From the NCBI RefSeq assembly GCF_009914755.1, contig NC_060936.1: 64,000 nt of DNA. One strand, 5' to 3'. The DNA comes from the human T2T-CHM13v2.0 reference genome, Homo sapiens. Within the stretch, counting starts at the first letter, position 1; each line of letters starts with the position of its first letter. A program made the translations under genes and the position numbers. The notes beneath the pieces are model-generated. The model saw only the letters and a program-made list of their open reading frames with translations. It had not been told where the DNA came from and made no database searches. Shown here one piece after another: positions 25,230 to 43,397 of this stretch.

Positions 25230-25900
25230 AATACTCAAGTGGCTCCCAGTTATGTTTTAGAATCTCACTGTACCTTAGACCAATAGTTAATTTCTCTGGA
25301 TTTTCCCTTCCTTATCAGAAGATGAGTGTGATAAGCCTCACTGGGTTTCATTTCTATAGATGACTATCAAATGCCAGGCCCCAGGAATGAATATGAGAGA
25401 GGGGAGTGAACAAGGATGAGTAAGATATTCGCTATCTTCAAATCTCTTACAGTTCAGATGCAAATGTCAGGCAGTTTTTAATGATGATCTAGTGTAAGAA
25501 AATGGCAGGGTAAGTGAAAATGGCTTCTTCTTCCAAAACTACATGCTACATATGCAAGCAATACTTTACAAACTAGGAGGCTTTGTTGTGAATGCAGATC
25601 TGAGAAGGCCAGTGCCTCTACTGGAAAGGGGGAGGTAAGTGCTAAGATACCCAGATGAACAAAAAGTCTGTGAGCTCAATGTGTTGGTGGTTTAGCACAG
25701 AAGACAGGCTCTAGCCTATACAGCTGACTATGGAATATAGCAGAGGCAAAAACTATGTTATGGGAGCCATGAGGAAGCAGCTAATTCAGCCTAGGACTTC
25801 AGAAAAGTCTTCATAGAAGAGGTCACACTTGAGCTGGATTTTGAAAGATGAGTGAGTGACAGTTCTAAAGAGGACTGAGAAGAGCAGCAGAAAATTCTTT
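25230..25900. mobile_element. MIR and L2 fragments
   Basis: MIR-core-like at 25260-25330; L2-like gaagaggtcacacttgagctggattttgaaagatgagt at about 25815. Confidence 0.5.
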
Positions 25901-26202
25901 GTAGGCTTTCTCAGAGGGAAAAAAACGGAAGGAATAAAAGAAAAAAACAGGGAGGAATAAAGGGAGGGAGACAGGAAAGTCATTGTCATTCAATAGTTCC
26001 TCAGATTCTGAAAGAGGCAACTTTTCTTGCTAGGGAAGAACCTCCAGAAGCTTCTGCTCTGCTTTCCTGAATCCATGGGGAAGCAGCAGGGAGGGGGAAA
26101 GAAATGATGCATTTCAGGAGAAATTTTTCCCTTTTCATCCTAATTTCTGATGGTCCTATTTGCCCAGAATTGCACATTTCTGGAAAGGGCTTGAGGTCCA
26201 CA

Positions 26203-27137
26203 ATGGCCAATCAGACTGTGGTGACTGAGTTCTTCCTCCAAGGCCTGACGGATACCAAAGAGCTTCAGGTGGCTGTTTTTCTGCTCCTGCTGCTTGCCTA
26301 CCTTGTGACTGTCTCTGGGAACCTGATCATCATCAGCCTGACCTTGCTGGACACCCGCCTGCAGACATCTATGTACTTATTTCTCCAGAATCTGTCCTGC
26401 TTAGAAATTTGGTTCCAGACAGTCATCGTGCCCAAGATGCTGCTCAACATTGCCATGGGGACCAAGACCGTTAGCTTTGCTGGGTGCATTACCCAGGACT
26501 TTTTCCACATCTTCTGGGGGCCACAGAGTTCTTCCTCCTCACAGCCATGGCCTATGACCAGTATATTGCCATCTGCAAGCCCCTCCACTACCCCATGCTC
26601 ATAAGTAGTAGAGTCTGCACACAGCTCATCCTCACCTGCTGGCTACTAGGTTTCTCCTTCATCATCATGCCTGTCATCCTGACCAGTCAGCTTCCATTCT
26701 GTGATACCCACATCAAGCATTTCTTCTGTGACTACACGCCTCTAATGGAGGTGGTCTGCAGTGGGCCAAAGGTGCTGGAGATGGTGGATTTTACCCTGGC
26801 CTTAGTAGCACTGTTTGGCACCTTGGTACTCATCACCCTGTCCTATGTCCAGATCATCCAGACAATTGTCAGAATCCCCGCTGTCCAGGAGAGGAAGAAG
26901 GCTTTCTCTACCTGTTCCTCTCATGTCATTATGGTTACCATGTGTTATGACAGCTGCTTCTTTATGTATGTCAAGCCCTCTCCAGGAAAGTGGGTTGATG
27001 TCAACAAGGGAGTGTCTCTAATCAATACAATTATTGCCCCACTGTTAAATCCCTTCATCTGTACTCTGAGGAACCAACAAGTTAAGCAGGTAATGAAAGA
27101 CCTAGTCAGAAAAATGACTTTGTTCCAAAATAAATAA
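26203..27137 (+). pseudogene. OR6U2P: Olfactory receptor family 6 pseudogene, full length with one 1-bp frameshift
   Basis: Two overlapping ORFs give [62 protein letters not shown]. 935 bp equals 936-1; shift at about 26513. Acceptor ttgcccag ends 26167. Symbol from recalled position next to OR10P1. Confidence 0.85.
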
Positions 27138-27469
27138 GGGCCCTAAAAGTCATCTTCTGGGGAAAAAATGGGTGCCTTCTCCAGAGTAAGTCCACATGAC
27201 ATCAGGCCAAGAGGCAGGAGTCAGGGGCTTAGGCCCCCATTGCACCCCCAGCAAGGTGCAGGTTTCCCCACAGGCCATAAGGAAAATGTCCTGATATCAT
27301 ATGAAGAGTCTTATTACCTAGCCTCAGTCTTAGGTTTGCACCTTCTTTTATCACTCTGTCAGCCAAAGAAATGAGAAATAGCTAGCCTATGTCCCCAGGT
27401 GCCCTCAACTAGACTCCAGTAACAGCTGACATTCGTCAGCATGCCAGTTTCATTTTTAACACCTATAAT

Positions 27470-27690
27470 GTTTGTAGAACACTTCATAGTTTCAAAAGCA
27501 TTTTCTCAACACTAACCTCACTCAATCTTCACAATAACCCTGCGAAACAGATGGAAAAATTATTATTTACATTTTACATAAGATGTTGATATACTCAAAC
27601 AGTTTAAGTGTATTGCCAAAGATCACACAGGAGACCAGGGTTCAAACCCACAACTTCTGGATCTAAACGCAATACCACATTTCCTACAGA
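27470..27690 (-). mobile_element. MIR
   Basis: aatcttcacaataaccctgcga...cattttaca...gccaaagatcacacag...ttcaaaccc. Confidence 0.7.
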
Positions 27691-27704
27691 TGTGAGACAT
27701 CTGG

Positions 27705-30408
<2,704 letters not shown>

Positions 30409-31176
30409 TGGGCTTAGCCTCTTTATTTTACAAATGAGGAAACTGAGGCCAAGAGCTCATGGCCCTCCACTAGGGAGTTGTTCAATGTAAACACTCATTA
30501 TACCCATTTCAATTAACAGTATAAAAAATTGTGTTCAATTTTTAGAAAACAAAAATGAGTGACTCTACATATAATTAATACTCAAAGTTGATTTCTCAAG
30601 AGAGATTACTTTCAAGAATAACAAGAGATGGAAGTTTACCAAGAGTTTCTTCTCTCTACTGTTGCCAATAAACCAGGTAAAGTCAATGGATGACAAGAAT
30701 TCCAAATCCGGGACAAATTCATTAACAGAGAAATGAATGAGATGTTTGGAAAGATAGAAAAACGTGTTCCATGTGGTGAGAGATGACTTCTCACTTTTCT
30801 GCCTGATGCTAACATCTCCTCTAGCTCCCCCACCAAGTTTATATCTACATCTAGCCCCAGAAGAATGAGGGGCTTCCAGACTCCAACTCAGTAAGGAGAA
30901 GTTCCAAGTTTATTTGCCAGCAGGTCAGCAGGACCTCTCTTCCTACTACCTATCCCACTAATAACCAAGTCCTTACCACTCCTCAGCTCCCAGGGCCCTG
31001 TGGGTTTTCTGTAGGAAAATAAACCTAAGAGACAGTGTTGTCTTCAAACTTTCTCTTGCCTCATCCCCATTTTTTCCTCCAAATCTTGTATCTCATTTCA
31101 GTGTTCTACTTCTCTGCAAACCACATCCAATGTTCCTTCTATACTTCACCTTTATTTGAAATAGAATTGCCCCTAT

Positions 31177-31892
31177 TAATAGAGGCATGAGGCAGACAAA
31201 TGCCAAGGTAGATAGGGGCGGATCCCCAATGAAACCCCACCTTCAAGCCAAAGACAGTTTAAAGCCCAAAATCCAAGCTACAAGTGAAATCCACAGACCA
31301 GATTGAGAACCTGCCTTCCTGTTTGGTGCACTTTCCTCTGATTGATCTCCACCATTCACCTATTTTATATATGCCTACCCTTCCCTAATTGGTTTTTATA
31401 ACACTATCGTGCCCACCTTTGAGTGATGCCTCTTTTTTTTTACTTTTTTTCGTACTCACAAACCAATCAGCATGCACTCCCCTATTCTGAGCCCATAAAA
31501 GCCCCGGACTTAGGCACATGGGGAGAGAGACAACCCAACTTCAGATGAGAGACCATCTTCCCATAGCATCTCCACCAAGAGCTGTTTTGTTGCTCAATAA
31601 AATTCTCCACCGTCATCACCTTCAATGGTGGGCATATCCTCATTCTTCTTGGGCATGGGACAAGAATTTAGGAACTGCTAAACAAGGGTATGAGTTATAA
31701 CACAGGCGGGCAGGGGCACACCTGGCCCAGCCACAGGCTGAGCCGGTGCACAAGCCAAGCATGGCCCTGGCGGGTTGAGTGGGCGGGCTCTCTTCTGCGG
31801 CAGGTAGTGTGGCCAAGGAAGGCCCAGGCAGGGGTATCACCAGCTGGAGGTCCCCAGCTTGTTGCAAAGTGACCAAGAAAAATCCTGTGTCA
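31177..31892 (+). mobile_element. Solo ERV1 LTR (MER50-like)
   Basis: gaggcagacaaatgcc...aaaccccaccttcaagccaaagacagtttaaagcc; CCAAT box, cataaaa, aataaa; ends tgtgtca; 4-bp TSD ctat 31173-31176 / 31893-31896. Confidence 0.85.
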
Positions 31893-32202
31893 CTATTGCC
31901 CCATTACCTTTCATCCCTAGCCCCTCACCATGTTGCCTCTTTTGAGGTAACAGAGATGCAGAGATATCACCTTCTCTGAGAGGAGTTTATTCCCAACACT
32001 CACTCCAAATCATCCCCATTGACATCCATGGCACCATTAACCTTTCACTCTTTGAGACTAAACACTTTGAAGTCATCCCTGACTCTTCCCTACTATCTGT
32101 CACCCACTCCTGTTGTCTCTTCCCTTAGAATCCCTCTTGGATTCACTCTACTCCTGTATTTCAACAGCCCTCACATAGTCCACATGTCAAATGTGACCAA
32201 CT

Positions 32203-32658
32203 GTCAGAGACTGCAGGAAATGGTCACACATTCTTTGCCTCCCTACAGCCACCCTCTTTGGTAGTGACCTTCTACACTGACTCTGGAATTGGCCATGTGG
32301 CTTGCTTTGGGCAATGTGACACCAGCAAACATAATGCGAGCAGAAACTCAAAAAACGTATCCTCTGACCACCATGTGAACAAGCCTGGGCTAGCTTACTA
32401 GATGACAAAAGACACGTAATCCACTTGCCCCCATCATCCCACCTGACAATAGTCTCACATACACACAAACCCCATGGCAGAACTCCCCAGCTGGCCACTG
32501 AGGAGGCATGGGTGAGCCTATCAAAGACCAACAGAAGAACTACCCAAACAAGCCTATGCTAAATTGCCAACCCACAAAATCATAAACTAAATAAATGATG
32601 TTGTATAAGCCATTAAGTATTAGGGTGATTTATGAATCAATGAAAATTAGCCAATACA
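32203..32658 (+). mobile_element. Solo MLT1F/G-like LTR
   Basis: ggccatgtggcttgctttgggcaatg, ccatgtgaacaagcctgggctagc, ends aataca. Confidence 0.7.
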
Positions 32659-33218
32659 CTAACAAAAAGTAAATATATGTGGCAAACACATGGTGACCCT
32701 TGATTAAGGATCTAGGATTAAGAAGTTGAGATAAGAGAGTGTTTTCCCATGTAAGTTGAAATTGATTTGATAAAATCAGGAAGTTGAACCTGGTTTCTTC
32801 TCATGTATGGTCACAGACTACAGGAAGTTATCAAGGAAATAAGCTCTAAACAGGAGGCCAACTGAGGCAGAACTATTTCTTTTTCTTCTGGAGCATTCAA
32901 TGCTCTCCCCACTGGGCAACTGGCTTCCAAGGTGAGACTCAGATGGGGATACTGACCTGGTGGATTTTGAAATTCTAGTCCCAAGGACCCTGACTTGAAT
33001 GCATATTCTATGTGAAATAAGATTGTAAAGTCTCCAGAAAAGCTCAAAAGTCACTTGTGGCCTGAAGTCCCACACTCTCGTCGGGAGCATTTCTGGGCCA
33101 CCCTTCTCCAAGGACTCTGTCCCCTGATAATAAAATTATCAGATGGTATATAAGAGAGGTGCCTAGAGCTGCCCACTCTGAATATGTATTTCTCAAAAAG
33201 TTCAGAAAATGGGCAGGA

Positions 33219-34143
<925 letters not shown>

Positions 34144-34366
34144 TTAAGCACTAGCACACTGCATTAGTAGCTTGCAAATTTATCCCATCTTCCATTTCAA
34201 AGTTATTATGATGTGAAAATAATTCCTGTATAAGGCATCCATGGGAACTGTGGAATGGGAGGTGGGGGCTGAGGACCTAGGACATTGCTTTTAGCATGTC
34301 TACGTGTAGACGGGACCAAATTCTCAGGTCATAGACTCAATATTCCAGAGATAATCTGGGTAAATG

Positions 34367-34503
34367 GCTCCCTCTAGTGGGACATATTATTTTTGCAACG
34401 TCTCACACACACCACGTGTTAAGAAATTCTTGAAAGGACTTAAATTCTCACGCAGTGGAATCACTGTCCAGGAATGATCTAAACAAACACTTCCCTCTAG
34501 TGG
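34367..34503 (-). promoter_or_regulatory. Two co-oriented candidate CTCF sites
   Basis: Minus strand CCACTAGAGGGAGC (34367-34380) with TGCAA 12 nt upstream, and CCACTAGAGGGAAG (34490-34503). Confidence 0.6.
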
Positions 34504-34624
34504 AGACTTTTTTCTTTAGAAAATGTCAAACACTGAAGGGGAGTACTCACAGATTAATAAACTCTGCCTAAATACAATTGCCAAGGAGGAGCCTTAAGGG
34601 CACTCAATAAAAATTAAAATATCA

Positions 34625-34740
34625 CCAGGCATGGTGGCTCACACCTGTAATCTCAGCACTTTAAGACACAGAGGCCGGCAGCTCAGTCAAGATCAGGAGT
34701 TTGAGACCAGCCTGACCAACATGGTGAAAACTTGTCTTTA
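34625..34740 (+). mobile_element. Alu left monomer
   Basis: ccaggcatggtggctcacacctgtaat...gaccagcctgaccaacatggtgaaa. Confidence 0.8.
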
Positions 34741-35169
34741 TTTTTTTTAATTTTAAGGAAAAATAAAGAAAAATTTAAAATATAAAAATAAAATTATTAA
34801 AGAAAATTGTTATAATTGACCATACATCTGCTCTTTCCACATCACACCTCAAGTAGGAAGGACAATAACTTGGAATTTTCTTTTCCTCCCTTTGTAATAA
34901 TGTGTGCCAAGGTCTTCTATGAGGAGGAGGAGGACAATGGAGCTCAGAACTGCTGTAATTTGCAATGCTGTTTTAACATGTGTAAAGTAATTTTTGTTTT
35001 TATCCTCAAAAGGCAGCACCTTCTGGGTGGTGGGGATATGGATGAAGGAAGAAGAAAGGGGGGAAATAAAGGCTAAAGAAGAACTGAAGAGGGAAAGAAA
35101 GGAAAGGAACAAAAAAAATGGGAAGGCGAGAAGGAAGAAGGTGGGAGGGAGAGGAAATTAGGAACCCCG

Positions 35170-36430
<1,261 letters not shown>

Positions 36431-37029
36431 GAGTCTCTCTCTCTCTCAATCTCTCTCTACCCCACCCCCCAAAAGAACTTTTCAACATCTTTCTAAGCTG
36501 AAAAGAGACAAGAAACTCCTTTTTGTTTCTGACAAAAGCAATTTTAAGGTGATTAAAGTAGCATGTTCCCAATATTTTTAAATGTGCATCATTCTCAGCT
36601 GGTGTTTATGTGAGAAAACTTCATATTTCATTCCAAAAACTCCAGACATTTCAACAAAAGCATTGTATAGTCTTGGGTTACATTCTAAATACACAGAGAG
36701 ATAATTTGAAATAGGCGTCCTGAGAAAGAATGTGCGTATTGAATGTTGCTGGCTAGAAGACAGGCTATGTTGTTACATACAACGCAACTGTTTGTTAACA
36801 ACCATGTTAATTGATGATCAGGTGTGATGTTTTAAGCATTTTCTATCCAAACATAATAGCTTGTTATTTATGATAACATGTTACTTTATTATGTTTTAGG
36901 CAATTGGTTGAAGGTTTAGGGTAGACATGTATCACATAATATTTTTTACCACTCAAAGTGATGAGAAATAGGTTCCCAGGTAGCATATTCACACAGAACA
37001 TCTGATTTTCATGAACAGATTATTGATAT

Positions 37030-37400
37030 TAAACAGGAGATGGCTATGTAAGGATTCAGATATCTCAACACAGCATTGGAAGCCTGAAGACAACAAAACA
37101 ATACCTTAGAAATTCTAAAGAAACATTAATTCCATCTAGACTACTATACCCAGCCAACTCTCAATCAAGTACAAAAATAGAATACTTTTTTCAGATGTGC
37201 AAAGTACCAAAAATTGTATTCCACCATCCAATAGCACATGGAGCTACTGAAGTGTATACCCTCCCAAAACAAAAGTAAGCTAAGAAAGAGAAAGACATTG
37301 GGTCCAAGAAACAGGAGCTCTGATTAAAAGAGAGATGAAAGACATCTCCAGACACCCCAGATAGAAGCTATGCTGAAGGCTGGAGAAAAATCAGTCCAGA
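37030..37400 (+). mobile_element. HAL1/L1ME ORF1-like fragment
   Basis: gaaattctaaag...ctagactactatacccagccaactctcaatcaagt resembles ORF1 C-terminal (PRILYPAKLS) sequence. Confidence 0.5.
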
Positions 37401-38046
37401 GGGCAGCCTATAGACACCCACCTTCCACATACTACCCTCCACCAAATACACCACAAACACCCATAGGCCCATCACACTTAAACTACACACAATTCACACC
37501 TCACTCATGGCAATACACACTACACACAGGCTACAGGCTTGGTCCCCAGAGTCTGTGACTAATAGAAATATTGGACATTCTTTGTCAGGTCTCAAGTTTA
37601 AGAAAAAGACTGTCTTTCTCGATTCCAAAATCAAAACAGACCTCTGATGACCTTCCAAGCCAGAGGTCCCCTCCTTCAGTGGGGCAATTCCTCAAGAGCC
37701 TCTTTCTACTTCACACACACTCTGAGAGCATCACCCCCACTTTCAGGGGTCACCTAGCCCTTCAGTCATTCAGCCAACCATCCACATCTCCACCTATCCA
37801 TCTTCTGTTCATCTGGCCAATTGCCCATCCATTTATGTGCCTATATGTCCACCAATCAATCAAGTTGACCACCTATCCTGGACTTGTCAGGGTAGTTTTC
37901 AGACCCACAAAGAGCCTTAACACAAACTCCTTTCTAGGGAGCTGATGTTCCACCTTCATTTCACATCCCTGTGAATGAAGCAGGAGAGCTACCCCTGGAG
38001 GAGAAAGCCTGGCTCAGTTTCTCTGTCCTTAGGCCCAGAGGCCTGA

Positions 38047-38463
38047 ATTTTTTCCCAGAATGTTTTTGATCCAAGGTTGGATGAATCCACAGATATGGAA
38101 CCCATGGATGTGGAGGTTGACTATATATATATGCACACAGTCATCCCTCGGTATCCATGGGGGAATGAGTCCAGGACTCCCTACAAATACCAAAATCCAA
38201 GGATGCTCAAGTCCCTACATAAAATGGTGTAGGATTTCCAGATAACCTATGCACATCCCCCATATGCTTTAAATCATCTCTAGATTACTTATAATACCTA
38301 ATACAATGTAAATGCTATGTAAACAGTTGTTATACTCTACTGGTTTTTCCATTTGTATTATTTTTTACTGTTGTCTTGCTATTTTTCTTTTTTTTCCAAA
38401 TATTTCTAATCTGCTGCTGGTTGAATCTACAGTTGCAGAGCCCGTGGATCCTGAGGGCTGAAT
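38047..38463 (+). mobile_element. MER2 (Tigger2 MITE) 38138-38463 preceded by a MER2 3' fragment 38047-38122
   Basis: cagtcatccctcggtatccatggggga...gatgctcaagtccct; terminal ggttgaatc...gaggg motif occurs twice. Confidence 0.8.
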
Positions 38464-38474
38464 ACATCTATATA

Positions 38475-38810
38475 CAGTCATGTACTGCATAAGGACATTT
38501 TGGCTAATGATGGTCCACATATACAGTGGTGGTCCCATAAGATTATAATACCACATTTTTACTGTACTTTTTCTCTATATAGATACACAAATACTTACAT
38601 TGTATTACAATTGCCTACAGTAATCAGTACAGTGACGTGCTGTACAGGTTTGTATCCTGGGAGCAATAGGCTGTACCATATAGCCTAGGTGTGTAGTATG
38701 TTATACCATCTAGGTTTGTGGAATTACACTCTATGATGTTCACACAATGATGAAACCACCTAATGAGTCATTCTCAGAATGTACTCCATCATTAAGTGAT
38801 GTATAATGGT
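38475..38810 (+). mobile_element. Tigger3a/MER7-like MITE
   Basis: TA|cagtcatgt...ggtggtcccataagattataatacc. Confidence 0.8.
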
Positions 38811-39203
38811 ATTATTCATGACAGGATTATCTTACCTGATGGGGAAAACCCAATTATTCATTCCTAAAGAATAGAGTCTTTGGTGGTCTTACTCTACTGG
38901 TTTTCCCCTGCAACCAGCACACCAGACAATCCCTTGGGGGTTGGTTTGGCTTGGTTGGTTTGGGGTTTGGTTAGGATCACTATGTTTTCCCTCTTGGGTT
39001 TTAAAGTGAGCACCTTCCTGCTCCCATTGTATGACAACCCTATATCAATAATATAATCACCATCAATCATCCCACCTAACATGAGATTATCCTCTGTTTT
39101 GCTTATGTGTACAGTGTCCTGAGAAGCCTTAAATGGACAGAAATAAGTCTGAACTTCTAATTCTATGAAATCATTATTTTGTCCCTGGTAGTAGCATTCT
39201 TGC

Positions 39204-40085
39204 TATGTTAGTTAAGGTACAGGTTAATTGCTATACCAAAGAAACTCAATAGTACAGTGGATTAAATAAGATTAAAATTTCTTTTTCTGTAATGAAACAG
39301 AGATATGCTCTCCAAAGGTGAGAGGTCCAGACCTGCCAGTGTGGATCTGCTATACGAAGTGATGCCAAGATCCAGCTCCCTCCAATATCCTTGCTCCTGC
39401 CACCTCCTCAACTCCTCATACACAGGAGTATGAAGGTATGTGTTACCTCCATACCCTCATACTAACCCAAGGGAAGGGACAGAGAAATTCTGTGTAGGCA
39501 GCTTGAACATTAAGGAGATCACTGTCTTAGTATATTTTCTGCTGCTGTAAGAGAATATCACAGACTGGGTAATTTATAAACAATAGGCATTTACTTGGGT
39601 CATGGTTCTGGAGGCTGCTGGGAAGTCCAGAGCATGGTGCTGGCATCTAGTGAGGGCCTCTGTGCTGCAGGAGGTGGCAGCCAGAATAGCAAAAGGGTAT
39701 GCACAGGAGAGAGAGCCCATATAACAAAGCCGCCCCCACAATAACCCACTCTCGAGAAAACGGCATTCATTAATCCACTCATGAAGGTGGAGCCCCCATG
39801 ACCTAATCACTCCTTTAAAACCCCACCTCCCAACATTGTTGCATTGGGGATTAAGTCTCTGACACATAAATTTTGGAAGATGCATTCAAACCATAGCCGT
39901 AACCCAGAAGTTTCCCACATGAATTCTGCTCACATCATTGACCCAAATTTAGTGATTTGATCACATTTTAAAACAAGAAAGCTTAATAACAGTGGGTTCT
40001 TGCTTGACAACCAAGTGCCCAGCTAAAAATAGGGGAGTTTTATTGCTAAAAAGTTGAGAGTGAAATGGATAATGAAAGGCCATTT
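39204..40085 (-). mobile_element. Old MLT1 (J/L-like) LTR interrupted by MST-like LTR at 39523-39898
   Basis: tatgttagttaagg...agtggattaaataagat; inner LTR tgtcttagt...agactgggtaatttataaa...cattcaaaccatagc. Confidence 0.65.
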
Positions 40086-40692
40086 ATACCTCCTTAATGT
40101 ACTAATATATCTAAATCAACAAAGCCCAGAGTCACAAGGACAGGAAGCAAATATTTTGCAAGTCGTTAGGTTTAGTGGCAAGGGGTGCCACTCCTACTTC
40201 AACCCCTTGGTAACCAATGTATTTTGTATTTGTATTTTGGCTATTTGGCTATTGTATTTCGGTTATAGGAGAATACCACATATTGGTCTGGGGTTCAGAG
40301 CCTATGTCTCACCTATAAGAGATCACTCAAACTTTTCAAGGTTTTTTCTCCCAACTGGTGCTGTATTTGAGTTTTTAATTGGCCATTCTATTGTTCAAAA
40401 AAGGCCAGGTGGTTCTGGGGAATGAAGTTACAGGGTAATCCCAATGAGTCCTGTGAGCATTGGCACATTGTCTCACTTGTTTTGCTATATATTTTTTCCT
40501 TGATTAGATGCAATATTATGTGAAATATCATGACAACAAATGCAGCATTCAGTAAGTCCGTGGATGGTGACACTTGCAGATGCAGGCAGACAGGAAAGAT
40601 AAATCCATGCCCAGAGTAAGTGATTATCCCAGTGAGTGCAGAGCATTGCCTCCTTCAGGCAAGGGGTACAATGTAATCAAACTATCCCCAGG

Positions 40693-41277
40693 CATATTAG
40701 TTACCCATTGCTATGTAACAAATTACTACAAAACTTCCCTGCCTAAAACCACAGACAATTATCATCTCACAGTTTGAGTTGGTCAAGAATCCAGGAGAGA
40801 GCAATGAGCTGGGTGCCTCTCACTCAGGGTCTCTCACGAGGATGGAGTCAAGCTGTCACCGAGGGTGCAGTCACTTAAGGGACAACTGAGGTTGGAAAAT
40901 CCACTTCTAAACTCATTCATGTGCCTGTTGGCAGGCCTCAGATCTATTTCCAGGTTCACTCACATGGTTGCTGGCAGGCTTTGGCTCTTCCTCATGTGAG
41001 TCTCTCCACAGGCTGCCGAGTGTCCTCAATATGGCAACTTGTGAGAAGGGGGAAGAGAAAGACAGAGACAGAGGCAGAGGAGAACCAGACAGGACCCAAG
41101 ATGAAAGCCAAGTCTTTTTGCAACATAATGTCAGATATCCCATCACTTTTGCCATGTTCCCTTCATTAAAAGCAGGTCACTGGTTCCAACCTACACTAAA
41201 AGGGAGAGAATTACACAAATGCATGAGTATCAGAAGATGAGTTTCATGGAGAACTATCTTAGAGGCTGCCTACTACA
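40693..41277 (-). mobile_element. Solo MLT1G/H-like LTR
   Basis: tattagttacccattgctatgtaacaaattac...ggctgcctactaca; 5-bp near-TSD ccagg/ccaag. Confidence 0.75.
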
Positions 41278-41599
41278 CCAAGCTATTGTTACTGGCAAGT
41301 TACACACTCAGCCATGGCATAGCCAGACCAGCCTTGGTGAGGGGAACCATTGTCGGTAAGCCTGTGCCTAACCTTCATCCCTTCCGCCATGGACATTTTG
41401 ATTGTGATCCCTTGAATAAGCACTGGAGATGCTGGAGAAGGCTGACTGACATCTACCAGCTGGGTCATCTTGATCCCTAAGTATTAACAGTATCTTCTGT
41501 AGTGAGAGACCTTTCGTGAGCATCCACATTGTCTCACCATTGTCCCACATATTCACAAATAGTCTCGCAGTCTGGACCCATTTTCAAAAGCTCATTCAT

Positions 41600-41878
41600 A
41601 GAATAGTAAGATGGTTGAGAGCATGAACTCTGCAGCCAGATCACCTGGATTCAAATGCCAGCTCAGCCATTTACTAGCTGTATGGTCTTGTTCAAGTGCC
41701 TAACCACGCTATGCCTCAGATTCCTCTTCAGTAAAGTCAGCATAATAGTTGAAACTACCCCACAGTGTTTTGGGAGGATTCAGTAAGTTAATATATAAAA
41801 AGTGCTTAGAACAATATCTGACACAGAGTGAGCATTACAGAAGTGTTAGTGATGATGATGATGGTGATGATGATGATC
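41600..41878 (+). mobile_element. Near full-length MIR with (GAT)n tail
   Basis: ggttgagagcatgaactctg...ggattcaaatgccagctc...aagtgcttagaaca; (GAT)n at about 41851-41877. Confidence 0.85.
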
Positions 41879-42498
41879 CCCAGAATGCCTTGTCACTCAT
41901 TCTCCTGTATTGTTCCTTCTACTTCCTAAACCTCCTGCCAAACAAACCATTAGCTGCTGCTCATGGATCAATGTAAATCCATATCTCAGGCCATCCTTCT
42001 TCCAGGAAAAGCAGACTCTTTAAGTTGTACTATCAAAATTCTGCTCAGCAGGCATTTTTCTTCTCCACTCTTCCTCAGGTCACCCCTTTTTTCCTCAGGG
42101 TCAACCCCCATTACTGGGGCTATAATGCCATAGATGTCCATATCTAGTTAGTCCCAGCAGAGTTGTGCAAAGTTCTCTGTAAAGCTGGGCCCAAATATTT
42201 TTCCTCCTCCATCAACCAGTCATGAGGAACACTACATGAGGCCATAGGAAGAAAGGACATTAGTGTGTCAAGAATAGACATGACGGGAGTGTGGACCATG
42301 AACTGGTGGAATGTCCTTGTGACTTCAGGACTTCTTCAAGTCTGATCTCATGTATGCCCCTTCACTTGAAGATGGGGTGCTTCTGGGCCTGACCATGCAG
42401 CTTTATCAATTGGGAAACACCCAGGTCATAAAGGGCAGCTCAGGTTGCAGAGTCACCTGGTATCCCAGGGTCAGGTGTTTATCCTCTGCCAGAGATCA

Positions 42499-42820
<322 letters not shown>

Positions 42821-43397
42821 GGAGATATTTCTCAAAAGTATAATAGTTACTTGGTGAAGAGGGCGTGGACTTTCTCTGAATCCTTGGGGCCTCCACTACA
42901 ACTCTTCTGTGAATGGGGCTTTTCACAGGCTCCAAACAGCACCAATTCAGCCATGGCACTTCTCACACCTTCAGATTCCCTTAGTCATAAAAGCCAGCAA
43001 CAGAATTAGCTGTATTGCAGCCTGGACCAGCCAATATCCTTCTCTTACTCTGGGCCCCTGGCAAAGCTACAAGTTTTATGTGTTTAGCTGAAAATATAAA
43101 AGACCTAAGCCTGACAGTTTCTTTCTTTAAGCTGCCAGAGCAGTTATGAACAGCAACCAAACTCACTGTCATTTAACTCCTTGTACCCATACCATGCTCA
43201 GGAATCACCATTCAGCGGCACTTCAGATGATGATAGGTAGTTATTTCTGTAACTGTTTCACATCGGAAGGCTGAAAACCAAAGATTACCAGTCTTCCATC
43301 CTCCAATAGTACTGAATCCTCATTGTCTTTAAACCCAATGAGATCAAATGATCATTCCCAGATTCCCACCCTTGCAACAATTTCTGGTACTAAACTC

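Noticed and set aside
26104-26202. 33-aa N-terminal extension of the OR6 pseudogene
   Set aside because: Runs through a polypyrimidine tract and splice acceptor (26167); intronic.
34298-34311. Small hairpin gtctac-gt-gtagac
   Set aside because: A 6-bp stem is expected by chance in 64 kb.
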